This document shows positions 28,454 to 38,545 of a DNA stretch of 64,000 nt, piece by piece. A program made the position numbers and the translations under genes. The notes below the pieces were generated by a model, which worked only from the letters and a program-made list of their open reading frames with translations, had not been told where the DNA came from and did no database searches. The stretch is from the NCBI GenBank assembly GCA_965247115.1, contig CBDFGR010000002.1:1664001-1728000 (forward strand). The letters run 5' to 3'. Each line of letters starts with the position of its first letter. Position 1 is the first letter of the stretch. Source of the stretch: Myxococcota bacterium (GTDB lineage Bacteria > Myxococcota_A > UBA9160 > SZUA-336).

Positions 28454-30016
28454 ATGGCCGCTCGAAACGCCGACATCCGTGCAGCTGTCACGTACCACGA
28501 GGCGACCAAACACAGCCAGCGGAGCCTCGAGGCGAATCCGCACTTCCTCGATTGGGAGACAAAGCCACTTGGCTTCAAGATCTATCGCGACCTCGAGCCC
28601 ATCCCGCTGGTGCAGGACGCCTCGCCAAGCGACGTCTCTGCGCTCGAGGCGATCGCGGTACTCCCCAGAGGCCCGCGCGTAGCGGGCGACGAGGAGCGGA
28701 TCCCAAGCCTCGCCACTCTCTCGCGCGTCCTCTACCTGGCAGCGGGGATCACCAAGCGGAAGCGCCACGCTGGCGGCGAGATCTTGTTCCGCGCCTACCC
28801 GAACACGGGCGCGCTCTACCACATCGACCTCTATCTGGTTTCGGGTGAGCTTCCGGGTCTGCCCGCGGGTGTCTACCACTTTGGACCCCACGATTTCGCG
28901 TTGCGCCGCCTTCGGAATGGCGACCACCGAGCTGTCCTGGTCGACGCGTCTGGGGGGAATCCGGATGTGGCCCACGCACCGCTGCTCTTGGTGAGCGTGT
29001 CTACATACTGGCGGAACGCCTGGAAGTACCAATCGCGGGCCTACCGCCATTGCTTCTGGGACGCGGGAACGCTGCACGCCAACCTGCTGGCGGTCGCCGA
29101 GTCGGAGTCGCTGGAGCCGCGCGTGGTCCTGGGCTTTGCGGACCGAGCGGTGGAATCGCTGCTCGGTCTCGATCCGGCCCGCGAGGGGGCGCTCACACTG
29201 GTTTCGCTCGGGCGATCCCAACGCGCTCCAGCGACCGCACCTGCCATGTCGGCGCTTCAGCTCGCGACCGAGCCGCTCTCGAGCTCGGAGGTGGATTATC
29301 CGGCGATCCGTGAGGTGCACGCCGCCTCCTCGCTGGAGGGCGCTGCCGACGCGAAATCATGGGGCGGCGCGCAGACCCGGTCACAGGAGCCCGCCGGGAG
29401 CGGGCCCGTCCGAGCGCTTCGGCCCCGCTCGCTACTCCCGGGCGAGTCCCTCGATCGCCTGATCCGGCGGCGTGGATCGTCGCGCGCCTTCGACCCGAAG
29501 CGCTCGATCTCCTTCGAAGAGCTCTCCACCGTTCTGGAGCAGGCGACCCGCGGCGTGCCCGCCGACTTCGTCGACCCCCCAGGCGCCACCCTCCTCGACC
29601 TCTACGTGATCGCGCACGCCGTCGATGGACTCGCCGCGGGGACCTACCACTACCGCCGCGACGAGGGCTCGCTGGAGCTTCTGCGCGAGGACAGCTTCCG
29701 GCCCGCCGCCGGTCGGCTCGGCCTGATGCAGGAGCTGCCTGCTGACGCCGCGGCGAACGTGTATTGCCTTACCGACCTCTCGACGGTGCTCCCGCAGCTC
29801 GGCAATCGCGGCTATCGAGCGGCGCAGCTAGAGGGGGGGATCACCGGTGGCCGCATGTACCTGGCCGCGTACGCCCAACGCTTCGGGGCGACGGGCCTCA
29901 CCTTCTTCGACGACGAGGTCACCGAGTTCTTCTCGCCGCACGCGGCTGGGAAGAGCGTTATGTTCCTCGTCGCACTCGGCCACCCTACCAGGGCGCTCCT
30001 ACAGGTACAGGCGTGA
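28454..30016 (+). CDS. SagB-type two-domain nitroreductase-family dehydrogenase
   Basis: YHEATKH, RAYPNTGALY, WKYQSRAYR, RRGSSRAF, RGYRAAQLEGG. Confidence 0.88.
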   Translation: MAARNADIRAAVTYHEATKHSQRSLEANPHFLDWETKPLGFKIYRDLEPIPLVQDASPSDVSALEAIAVLPRGPRVAGDEERIPSLATLSRVLYLAAGITKRKRHAGGEILFRAYPNTGALYHIDLYLVSGELPGLPAGVYHFGPHDFALRRLRNGDHRAVLVDASGGNPDVAHAPLLLVSVSTYWRNAWKYQSRAYRHCFWDAGTLHANLLAVAESESLEPRVVLGFADRAVESLLGLDPAREGALTLVSLGRSQRAPATAPAMSALQLATEPLSSSEVDYPAIREVHAASSLEGAADAKSWGGAQTRSQEPAGSGPVRALRPRSLLPGESLDRLIRRRGSSRAFDPKRSISFEELSTVLEQATRGVPADFVDPPGATLLDLYVIAHAVDGLAAGTYHYRRDEGSLELLREDSFRPAAGRLGLMQELPADAAANVYCLTDLSTVLPQLGNRGYRAAQLEGGITGGRMYLAAYAQRFGATGLTFFDDEVTEFFSPHAAGKSVMFLVALGHPTRALLQVQA

Positions 30017-30058
30017 CTGCCGCTGTCCGCGGCTCATGCGCACCCGCAGTGGAAGGAC

Positions 30059-30250
30059 GTGATGAGCTGGAAGCAGCTGCCAGACGGGCAGGAAAAGCTC
30101 GCGGAGTTCCTTCGTGAGGTGAAGCAGGGCAACGCGGCCCAACGGCCGACGGACCCGTCGACGCGGACTCCCCGCTCGCGGACGCACCGACTGCGATGGA
30201 TTCTCGTGCTGGCGCTCGCCGCGGTCGTCTGGCTTCTGTTCGCCACGTGA
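30059..30250 (+). CDS. Small protein with a C-terminal TM helix
   Basis: 63 aa, RBS-like GAAGGA, hydrophobic end. Confidence 0.45.
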   Translation: MMSWKQLPDGQEKLAEFLREVKQGNAAQRPTDPSTRTPRSRTHRLRWILVLALAAVVWLLFAT

Positions 30251-30343
30251 GCTGCCTCGCCAATCTGGAGGCCGGGCGATCGGAAGGAACTGGTAGACTA
30301 CGTCAGAGCTGGAGCCGGTGGTCGGCCTCGGAAGGAGTAAGAC

Positions 30344-30883
30344 ATGAAGGTTCGGCGGGTCGTGACAGGGCACTCTCCGGAGGGGAAGGCCGTTTTCGCC
30401 AGTGACGAGGCGGTGGAGGCCGTGCTCTTGGACAAACTCCCGGGAAACGAGTTTCATCGCCTGTGGGGTTCAGATCAGGTTTCGGTCTTTCCCGACGACG
30501 GCTCCCAACCCCCTTGCCCGCTCTGGTTCCCGCCAGTCGGCGGCTTCCGCGTCGCGATGTTCACGGTACCCCCGTCCTCTACCTGGGCGCCCGAGGGTGT
30601 CACGCCCGACCAGATCGCCGCTGAGCTCGAGGCAAAGCTCCCGGGCATCGCCGAGCACATGGAGCCCGATGCACCTGGTATGCACACGACCGATACGATC
30701 GACTTCGAGTACGTGATCTCCGGCCGCGCGGTGCTTGAGCTCGATGATGGCGCGACGGTCGAGCTTGGACCCGGGGACACGGTCGTTCAAAACGGCACGC
30801 GTCACGCCTGGCGCAACCCGTTCACCGAGCCCTGCCGTATGGTCGTCTTCTTGGCCGGTGCCGAGCGTCGGCCGAGCCCTTGA
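30344..30883 (+). CDS. Cupin-domain protein
   Basis: VRRVVTGH, MHTTDTID, VVQNGTRHAWRN. Confidence 0.9.
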   Translation: MKVRRVVTGHSPEGKAVFASDEAVEAVLLDKLPGNEFHRLWGSDQVSVFPDDGSQPPCPLWFPPVGGFRVAMFTVPPSSTWAPEGVTPDQIAAELEAKLPGIAEHMEPDAPGMHTTDTIDFEYVISGRAVLELDDGATVELGPGDTVVQNGTRHAWRNPFTEPCRMVVFLAGAERRPSP

Positions 30884-30899
30884 CGTCGTCGGTCTCTGG

Positions 30900-32105
30900 C
30901 TAGCCGACAGCGCCGGCGCTGCGCAGCTCGGCGATCTGTTCGGGACTGCGGCCCAGCTCTCCCAGGATCTCGTCGGTGTGCTGGCCCGGCTCCGGCGCCA
31001 TCCAGCGCGGTTTCCACGGCGTGCTACCAAAGTCCACGGGCGTAGCCGGGAACGTGGTGGTGGTCGGCCCATCGGGGACCTCGACGAACGCGCCGGCCGC
31101 GTGCATCTGGGGATCAGCCACCACCTCCTCCAGGGTCTGGACGGGAGCCCACCACATGTCGTCGATCGCGTCGAAGATCTTGGCCCAATCCTCCCGTGTC
31201 TTGCCCGCGAAGATCTCGTCGAGCAAGGCGATCAGCTCCTCCGCGTTCTGGGCGCGGGCCTCCACGGTGGCAAAGCGCGCGTCCTCGAGCCACTCGGTCC
31301 GCACGATCGCCCTGCACAGCGGCTCCCAGTGGCGCTCACCTTCCAGACCGAGCAGCCAGAACCACTTGCCCTCGCTGTCGTGGTAGGAGTTGATCGCTGG
31401 GTTCGGCATCATCTTGCGATCGGTGAATCCCGGAGCAAGACCGAATCGCGTCACCAGCGATAGGTCGAACGACAGGGTGTACACGCCCTGTCGAACCAGA
31501 GAGGTGGACACTAGCTGACCCTTGCCGGTCCTCTCACGATGGAAGAGTGCGGCTGAGATGCCTCCGGCGAGCGACATTCCCGCGGTATGGTCGCCCATGC
31601 CGCCTCGTTGCACGGGCGGTTGCCCATCCGCGGGCGTCAGCATCGACGCCAGCCCTGCGCGGGACCAGTACGCACCCACGTCGTACGCGGCGCGATCCTT
31701 GTCCGGTCCCTCCATCCCGTACCCGCTGACCGCCCCGTAGATCAGCCGGGGGTTGCGCGCGAGCAGCGTTTCGGGGTCCAGGCCCAGGCGTTTGAGCGCG
31801 CCCATGCGCAGGTTCGAGATCACGACGTCTGCGCGGTCGACGAGCTCGAGCACGATCTGGTGCCCTGCCTCACTCGCCAGGTCGAGCACGATGTCGCGCT
31901 TGCTGCGGTTATCCATCTCGAAGATCGGATTGAAGGGCAGATCGGCGCCGAGCATCTTCTTGAATAGGCGGCATGGATCTCCCAGACCCGGCGGCTCGAT
32001 CTTCACGACGTCGGCGCCCCACTCCGCCAGGATTCCTGCCGCCGCCGGTCCCGCAATCCAGACGCCGAGATCGACGACCCGTACTCCCTCCATCGGCCCG
32101 GCCAT
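30900..32105 (-). CDS. Family III CoA-transferase
   Basis: GVRVVDL...AGP, GADVVKIEPP, NRSKR, GMGDH. Confidence 0.92.
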   Translation of the reverse strand: MAGPMEGVRVVDLGVWIAGPAAAGILAEWGADVVKIEPPGLGDPCRLFKKMLGADLPFNPIFEMDNRSKRDIVLDLASEAGHQIVLELVDRADVVISNLRMGALKRLGLDPETLLARNPRLIYGAVSGYGMEGPDKDRAAYDVGAYWSRAGLASMLTPADGQPPVQRGGMGDHTAGMSLAGGISAALFHRERTGKGQLVSTSLVRQGVYTLSFDLSLVTRFGLAPGFTDRKMMPNPAINSYHDSEGKWFWLLGLEGERHWEPLCRAIVRTEWLEDARFATVEARAQNAEELIALLDEIFAGKTREDWAKIFDAIDDMWWAPVQTLEEVVADPQMHAAGAFVEVPDGPTTTTFPATPVDFGSTPWKPRWMAPEPGQHTDEILGELGRSPEQIAELRSAGAVG

Positions 32106-32234
32106 CAGCTCCTCCTCCTGCGGTTCTGCCCTCTGCAAGGAAGTTTATGCGGGTTCGTGGGGTTCTGATAGTCCGCTAGAACTCCTCTCCAGGACCGGAT
32201 AGGGTGAAGTCCAGGACAAGTGGAGGCATCGACG

Positions 32235-33386
32235 ATGTTGAACACACCTGAGAGGATCCTGAGCCAGCTGGCCGATGTCATCGCGCGCCCAGATGAGGAG
32301 GCCGAGTTCCTCGATCCAGCCTGCTACCACAGTCCGCAGCTGCTCGATCTCGAGATTGAACAGATCTTCCGAAAGGAGTGGATTTGTGTTGCCAGGGTAG
32401 ACCGCCTGCAAACCTCCGGCGACTACCTCACGACTCAGCTCCTCGATGAGCCCCTCCTCATCGTCAGAGGCATGAACGGTGGAATATCCACCTACTCGAA
32501 CGTATGTCGTCACCGCTACTACGCGGTGGCTCAAGGTTCCGGAAACACTCGCTCGTTCACGTGTCCCTATCACAAGTGGACCTACCGGCTGGACGGCTCC
32601 CTCGCTGGCGCTCCGGGCATGGCCGGTACCAGGCTCGACAAAGCCAGCTGCCGTCTTCCCGAGATTCGAACGGAGACGTGGAATGGTTTCGTGTTCGTCA
32701 ACCTCGACCGTGACGCCGAACCGCTGAGTCCGCGGATCGCCGGCCTGACGGATCGTCTCGCGTCGTATCAAATCGAGAGCTGGTCCACCTCTGCGATTCA
32801 CGACACAACGTGGGAAGGCAATTGGAAGCTGACGATGGAGAACGGCCTCGACAGCTACCACCACATGGGGCTTCACGAGACGAGTGTGGAACCAAACATG
32901 CCCGGATTAGGGACGGAGTTTCAGGGCGACTACAAGACCTGGGCTTACCATCGCACGCCGTTTACCGATGACTACGCTGCTGAAATTGCTGCGAACGCAC
33001 CCACGCTGATCCAGCAGCTTCAGCCGCAGGATCGGATCGCGATGAACGTCTTCTACATCTATCCGACTTTCGTCTTCCCTCTTCTGCCTACGGTCGGGAA
33101 CTGGCTCTCGATCATGCCGATCAGCCTCACGGAGACTCGAGTGTTCACGGGATTCTGTGCCAACGAAGAATCGCGTGCCACGTCTGGCATGGATCGGGAT
33201 GCCTTCGATGAGAACGCTCTAAAACAGCTCACCTCGATCAACGGTGAAGATATCCTCGCCACACTGGAGCTCCAGCGCTCAACCAAGTCCCGGTATGCCG
33301 AGCGGGGTGCAATGAGCTCCAAGGAGATCGGTGTCCTCCACTACTACCGGTATCTCGCTGCGAAGCTTCTCGGTACTGCGGGTTGA
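32235..33386 (+). CDS. Rieske non-heme iron oxygenase alpha subunit
   Basis: NVCRHR...CPYHKW Rieske motif; NWK...ENGLDSYHHMGLH; visibly lower GC than flanks. Confidence 0.9.
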   Translation: MLNTPERILSQLADVIARPDEEAEFLDPACYHSPQLLDLEIEQIFRKEWICVARVDRLQTSGDYLTTQLLDEPLLIVRGMNGGISTYSNVCRHRYYAVAQGSGNTRSFTCPYHKWTYRLDGSLAGAPGMAGTRLDKASCRLPEIRTETWNGFVFVNLDRDAEPLSPRIAGLTDRLASYQIESWSTSAIHDTTWEGNWKLTMENGLDSYHHMGLHETSVEPNMPGLGTEFQGDYKTWAYHRTPFTDDYAAEIAANAPTLIQQLQPQDRIAMNVFYIYPTFVFPLLPTVGNWLSIMPISLTETRVFTGFCANEESRATSGMDRDAFDENALKQLTSINGEDILATLELQRSTKSRYAERGAMSSKEIGVLHYYRYLAAKLLGTAG

Positions 33387-33493
33387 GTAGGTCGAACTTC
33401 AGCAGGGGCCGTTGGTCCGCCAAATAGGTTGGACCAGGCGGATGAAGCGCAACGCCGTGCCGCCCAGGTTCTAGGCTGGTCGATTCTCTCGCG

Positions 33494-34846
33494 TCAACGG
33501 ATCACCTCGTCGAGGGTCTCGCGGGTGGTCTCGACGATGGTATCGATCTCTTCGGGCTCGATCACGTAGGGCGGGCAGAAGGCCAGCACGTCGCCGATCG
33601 CCCGGATGATGATGCCCTTGTCGAGCATGCGCCGGAAGATGCGCGGTCCCACCTTATCGGCGGCGTCGAGGGGCTGCTTCGTATCGCGGTCGCGTACCAG
33701 CTCCACGGCGCCGATCAGGCCCATGCCGCGCGCCTCGCCGACGTGTGGGTGCTCGGCGAAGACCTCCCGCAGCCGCCTCTGGAAGTGAACGCCGAGCTCC
33801 GCCGCCCGCGCAAAGAGATTCTCATTCTGCATCACGTCGAGGTTTGCCAGGCCCGCCGCCGCCGACAGCGGATGTCCGCTGTAGGTGAAGCCGTGACCGA
33901 AGACGCCCAGAGCCTCGGCGTCGCTCTCGAGCACGCTCCAGACCTTCTCGGTGACGAGGCAGGCCGACAGCGGTGCGTAGCCGCTGGTGAGTCCCTTGGC
34001 CAGGCTGACGAGGTCCGGCTCGATGCCGAGCGCCTGACTGCCGAAGGGCTGGCCCAGGCGCCCGAAGCCGCAGATCACCTCGTCCGCGATCATCAGCACG
34101 TCGTGGCGCCGCAGCACCTGCTGGATCGCTGGAAAGTAGCGCTGCGGCGGCACGATGACGCCGGCCGCGCCCATCACTGGCTCCGCGATGAAGGCGCCCA
34201 CCGTGTCGGCCCCCTCGCGCAGGATCGCCGCGTCGAGGTCGTCGGCGAGCTCCGCCACGAACTCCTGCTCGCTCTGGCCTTCCTTCATCTCCCGGTAGGG
34301 GTACGGCGTGCGCACGTGCAGGAAGCCCTCGATCGGGAGCCCGAAGGCGTCGTGCGCGGACGCCAGACCCGTGGCACTGGCGGCCGCGATCGTGATGCCG
34401 TGATAGGCGCGCTGGCGCGAGATGATCTTGCGCTTGGCGCGCTTGCCGCGCAGCTTCTGGTAGAGCCACACCAGCTTGAACTGCGTATCGTTGGCGTCCG
34501 AGCCGGACAGTCCGAAGAAGACGCGCGATACGGGCCAAGGCGCGAGCTGCTGCAGGCGGTCGGCGAGCTCGATGGTCGGCTGCGTCGACATCGAGAAGAA
34601 CGAGTGGTAGTAGGGCAGCTCGCGCGCCTGACGCGCGATCGCGTCGGCCACCTCTCGGCGTCCGTAGCCGATGTCGACGCACCACAGGCCAGCCAACCCG
34701 TCGATGTACTCACGGCCCCGGTTATCCCGCAGGCGGACGCCCTCTCCCCCAACGATGACGAGCGGCCCGACTTTCTTGTGATCGGCGATCGAGGTCCACG
34801 GGTGGAAGACGCTGCGCAGATCGGTCTCTTCGATAGAACTCGCCAT
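33494..34846 (-). CDS. Class III (omega) aminotransferase
   Basis: DGLAGLWC, AYHG, ADEVICGFGR, AKGLTSGY, HGFTYSGHP. Confidence 0.93.
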   Translation of the reverse strand: MASSIEETDLRSVFHPWTSIADHKKVGPLVIVGGEGVRLRDNRGREYIDGLAGLWCVDIGYGRREVADAIARQARELPYYHSFFSMSTQPTIELADRLQQLAPWPVSRVFFGLSGSDANDTQFKLVWLYQKLRGKRAKRKIISRQRAYHGITIAAASATGLASAHDAFGLPIEGFLHVRTPYPYREMKEGQSEQEFVAELADDLDAAILREGADTVGAFIAEPVMGAAGVIVPPQRYFPAIQQVLRRHDVLMIADEVICGFGRLGQPFGSQALGIEPDLVSLAKGLTSGYAPLSACLVTEKVWSVLESDAEALGVFGHGFTYSGHPLSAAAGLANLDVMQNENLFARAAELGVHFQRRLREVFAEHPHVGEARGMGLIGAVELVRDRDTKQPLDAADKVGPRIFRRMLDKGIIIRAIGDVLAFCPPYVIEPEEIDTIVETTRETLDEVIR

Positions 34847-34870
34847 GCTCACACTCTCCGTGTTAGGTGT

Positions 34871-35293
34871 TCATCCGACGCGCAGATGGCGTATCTTCCA
34901 CTCGCCGTTCTGCTTGACGTAATCCTCGTGGTAACGCGCGGCGCTGCCTGGCCACTTGTACTTCGTTCCGTCGCTTTGGGCTACCGCCGAGATGAGGTAC
35001 CAGACGCCGTGGGCCCTGTCCCCATCGACCTCGATCAGAGGGTTGGCAACGACGTGCTGTGCCCTGGCGATCCGTTTCGGAAACCCGGAAAAGAGCTCGT
35101 GAATCGCTTCTCGGCCTTCAGCCTTTCCAACACGGCTGCTCTCCCAAGTACCATCCTCGGTAAACAAGGTCGCCATGGCGTCCGCATCGTAGTTGTCGTG
35201 GTCACAGATCTCACAGTACCGCGCCTTGAGCTGTTTGATGGCTTCGATGTCTTCGATCCGAGTGATTCGATTCTGCAATTCTTCCAATTCCAT
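34871..35293 (-). CDS. NTF2/SnoaL-like protein (LinA/BaiE-like)
   Basis: EDIEAIKQLKARYC...D, HVVANP, YHEDY...GEWKI. Confidence 0.85.
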   Translation of the reverse strand: MELEELQNRITRIEDIEAIKQLKARYCEICDHDNYDADAMATLFTEDGTWESSRVGKAEGREAIHELFSGFPKRIARAQHVVANPLIEVDGDRAHGVWYLISAVAQSDGTKYKWPGSAARYHEDYVKQNGEWKIRHLRVG

Positions 35294-35382
35294 ACGTCAT
35301 CCTTTTCAGCCTCGGGCGGGCGTGAGCGATTTAAGGTGGCGGTCTTGAAACTCGCGGAGATCGACACTATCAGGTATTCGCC

Positions 35383-36153
35383 ATGAAATTTCGGACCAGA
35401 CTTCTCTGCGGTCTGCTCCTTCCCCTGCTGGCAGGACCGAGCCTGGCGGCCTGCGGCGGGCGCTCGGTGGATCCGTCGACGCTGGATCGTTCAGCCGAGA
35501 CAGTGGTCCTGCTCCATGGCCTCGGTCGGAGTTCATCGTCGATGTGGCTCCTCGCTCGCCGCCTCTCGCGAAGCGGATACACGGTTCACAACCTCAACTA
35601 CCGGTCGACGAACCGGTCGGTGAGCGAGCTTGTCAGCGACATCGACTCTCAGCTGAACGAGTGCTGTTCGGCTGACACCCCTCGGCTGCACTTCGTCACC
35701 CACTCCCTGGGAGGCATCCTCGCCCGGGCTTACATCGCTTCGCACCGCCCGCCCAATCTAGGGCGTGTGGTGATGCTGAGTCCACCCAACCACGGCAGCG
35801 AGATCGTGGACCTGCTGGGGGATTCCGCGTTTTTCGGCTGGGCGCTCGGCCCGGCGGGCCAAGAGCTCGGCACCGCAGCAGACAGCACTCCGAACCTGCT
35901 CGGGCCCGCAGACTTCGAGCTGGGGATCATCACCGGATCTCGGAGTCTCAACCCGATCACGTCGTCCATGGTGCCCGGCACCGACGACGGGAAGGTGTCC
36001 ACCGAGAGCGCGCGTCTCGAGGGCATGAGTGCCTTCCTCGTGGTCCCGAAGACGCACACGTTCATCATGAACAGCCGCCTCGTGGTCGACGAGGTCGTCC
36101 ACTTTCTCGAATCAGGCTCGTTCTCCCGACCGTCACTCGACTCGGGAAAATAG
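35383..36153 (+). CDS. Exported alpha/beta hydrolase (lipase-like)
   Basis: Signal with LAAC, LLHGLGR, THSLGG, PPNHGS, DDGKV, HTF. Confidence 0.88.
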   Translation: MKFRTRLLCGLLLPLLAGPSLAACGGRSVDPSTLDRSAETVVLLHGLGRSSSSMWLLARRLSRSGYTVHNLNYRSTNRSVSELVSDIDSQLNECCSADTPRLHFVTHSLGGILARAYIASHRPPNLGRVVMLSPPNHGSEIVDLLGDSAFFGWALGPAGQELGTAADSTPNLLGPADFELGIITGSRSLNPITSSMVPGTDDGKVSTESARLEGMSAFLVVPKTHTFIMNSRLVVDEVVHFLESGSFSRPSLDSGK

Positions 36154-36164
36154 GCGCTATCGAT

Positions 36165-36293
36165 TCCCACGTTCCTCTTGAGGACGTAGAGGAGGCATTT
36201 GGCGCGATGGAGGCCGGCGAGGTCACGCGGACTGTTATGCTTCCGGCGCTGAAGGAGTTCAGGCCGGGCCCTTTCGAGCCGACAGTCCAGTGA
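36165..36293 (+). pseudogene. Probable C-terminal remnant of a Zn-dependent alcohol dehydrogenase
   Basis: Intergenic frame reads SHVPLEDVEEAFGAMEAGEVTRTVMLP, resembling the MDR C-terminal motif. Confidence 0.5.
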
Positions 36294-36312
36294 ACTCGGG
36301 AGGCAGACGCCC

Positions 36313-38541
36313 ATGTCCGCTCGTTTTTCGCCGCTCCTCTGCGCTGCGCTGCTCGCGGCCTGCAGCAGCGCTCCCGACCCCGGCCACGTCACCTTCGACC
36401 GATGGAGCAGCGCCGACGCAGAGCCGGGCCAGTGGCTGGGGCTCGGCCGCACCTATCACGCCGATCGATTCTCCCCGCTAACCCGCCTGACGGTCGACAA
36501 CGCCAGCCAACTCGGCTTTGCCTGGGAGTCGGACGCGCGCTCGCATCGGGGTCGGGTCGAACACGGGCAGGAAGCGACCCCGATCGTGGTCGACGGCGTG
36601 CTCTACGTGTCGGGGCCGTGGGGTACCGCGTTCGCCGTGGAGGCGAAGACGGGCCGTCAGATCTGGCGCTACGACCCCGACCTCGACGGCAGCTACGGCC
36701 GCCGCCCCTGCTGCGACGTGGTGAGCCGAGGGCTCTCGGTGTGGGGCGGCAAGGTCTACGTCGCCACACTCGACGGCTCGCTGGTGGCACTCGACGCCGC
36801 GACGGGCACCGAGTTGTGGAAGACCGACACCTTCGAGGATCGCGAGACCCGGTTCTACACCATCACTAGCCCGCCCATCGTCGCCAACGGCGTGGTCGTG
36901 GTCGGTAACAGTGGAGCGGATTTCGGCGTGCGCGGGTACATCACGGCCTACGATCTCGAGACCGGCGAGCGAAGATGGCGGTTCTACACCGTCCCCGGCG
37001 ACCCGGCCAAGGGTCCGCCCGAGGACCCGGCAATGGAACTCGCCCTCGACACCTGGGGCCCCGAGACGGACTGGGACTCGGGTCTCGGCGGAACGGTGTG
37101 GGGCGAGATGAACTACGACCCCGATCTCGACCTCCTATATGTAGGCACCGGCAACAGCACTCCGTACGCCGGCTGGCACCGCGATCCCTCGGGCGGCGAC
37201 AATCTCTTCCTGGTGTCGATCCTCGCGATCCGCCCCGGTGACGGCACGCTCGTGTGGCACTACCAGCAGGTGCCGTGGGAGCTCTGGGACTACACCGCCA
37301 CGATGAACATGATCTTGGCCGATCTCACGATCGACGGGAGGCCACGCAAGGTGCTGATGCAGGCGCCCAAGAACGGTTTCTTCTACGTACTCGACAGGGA
37401 GACGGGTGAGGTGATCAGCGCGGAGCCCTACGTCTACGTCAACTGGGCGAGTGGACTCGACTCGACCGGCCGGCCGATCCTGACCGGCAAGGCCAACTAC
37501 CAGGACCGGCCGGCCGCGATCTTCCCCACCCAGGCGGGCGGCCACAACTGGCAGCCGATGGCGTTCAACCGGCAGACTGGTCTGGTGTACATCCCAGCCC
37601 GCGATCAGGGCATGATCATGTTCACGGAAGACGAATACCGCTGGCGCCCCGGCGACTACAACATGGGATCGGGCGCGATCTTCGGCGAGGTGCCCACGGA
37701 TTTCGAGGCGAGCCAGGAATTCCCCATGGAGGTGTCGCCCGCCATGGCGCGCCAGTTCGCCGAGGCCGCCAAAGGTGAACCGTCGATGGCGCCAAGCGAG
37801 TTCCTGCTCGCCTGGGATCCCGTCGCGCAGGAGGAACGGTGGCGGGTGCCGATCGCGACGGTGGAGTGGATCGGTGGCGGGGTGTTGACGACGGCCGGCA
37901 ATCTGGTGATCCAGGGCACCGGGTCGGGACAGCTGATGGTCTATCGGGCTGACACAGGTGAGAAGCTGCACGAGATCGAGGTTGGTACAGCGATCATCGC
38001 GGCGCCGATCAGCTACGAGATCGACGGAGAACAGTACGTCGCCGTCATCGCGGGGTTCGGCGGTGCGTACAACGCGACGCTCGCGCCGCAGACCGCGGCC
38101 ACACGGTTCGAGAACTACGGCCGGATTCTCGCCTTCAAGCTGGGTGGTGGCCCGACACCGCTCCCGCCGCAGCGAACCGCGCAACCCGTGCCCGAACCTC
38201 CGGACGCGCCATGGTACTCCGCCACCGCCGCGGCACGGGGCGCCGGCCTGCATGCCCAGCGCTGCGCCCGCTGCCACAGTGGGCGTGGCGAAGCGCAGTT
38301 GTCGGCCTATCCCGATCTGCACCGGATGGTGGCGGCCACCCATGCCGCGTTCGACTCCATCGTACTGGGTGGGACACTGGCTTCGGGTGGGATGGCGAGT
38401 TTCGCCGACGTACTGACCCCGGAGGATACCCGGGCGCTACAGGCCTACTTCATCCGAGAGCAGAGGGTCCTGTACCGGGAATCCGGGGGTCGCGCTGAGG
38501 TGATCCGGGCTTCGGGTGCCAAACTCTTCCCATGGGAGTAG
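36313..38541 (+). CDS. Quinohemoprotein (PQQ + heme c) alcohol dehydrogenase
   Basis: Lipobox LAAC, EATP, CCDVVSRG, WDYT, GGHNW, CARCH. Confidence 0.92.
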   Translation: MSARFSPLLCAALLAACSSAPDPGHVTFDRWSSADAEPGQWLGLGRTYHADRFSPLTRLTVDNASQLGFAWESDARSHRGRVEHGQEATPIVVDGVLYVSGPWGTAFAVEAKTGRQIWRYDPDLDGSYGRRPCCDVVSRGLSVWGGKVYVATLDGSLVALDAATGTELWKTDTFEDRETRFYTITSPPIVANGVVVVGNSGADFGVRGYITAYDLETGERRWRFYTVPGDPAKGPPEDPAMELALDTWGPETDWDSGLGGTVWGEMNYDPDLDLLYVGTGNSTPYAGWHRDPSGGDNLFLVSILAIRPGDGTLVWHYQQVPWELWDYTATMNMILADLTIDGRPRKVLMQAPKNGFFYVLDRETGEVISAEPYVYVNWASGLDSTGRPILTGKANYQDRPAAIFPTQAGGHNWQPMAFNRQTGLVYIPARDQGMIMFTEDEYRWRPGDYNMGSGAIFGEVPTDFEASQEFPMEVSPAMARQFAEAAKGEPSMAPSEFLLAWDPVAQEERWRVPIATVEWIGGGVLTTAGNLVIQGTGSGQLMVYRADTGEKLHEIEVGTAIIAAPISYEIDGEQYVAVIAGFGGAYNATLAPQTAATRFENYGRILAFKLGGGPTPLPPQRTAQPVPEPPDAPWYSATAAARGAGLHAQRCARCHSGRGEAQLSAYPDLHRMVAATHAAFDSIVLGGTLASGGMASFADVLTPEDTRALQAYFIREQRVLYRESGGRAEVIRASGAKLFPWE

Positions 38542-38545
38542 ATCA

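Noticed and set aside
28454..30250. Thiazole/oxazole RiPP cluster
   Set aside because: No YcaO cyclodehydratase or Cys/Ser-rich precursor; stand-alone SagB-like enzymes are common.
36313..38541. Lanthanide-dependent alcohol dehydrogenase
   Set aside because: The active-site motif is D-Y-T and lacks the extra Asp (D-x-D).
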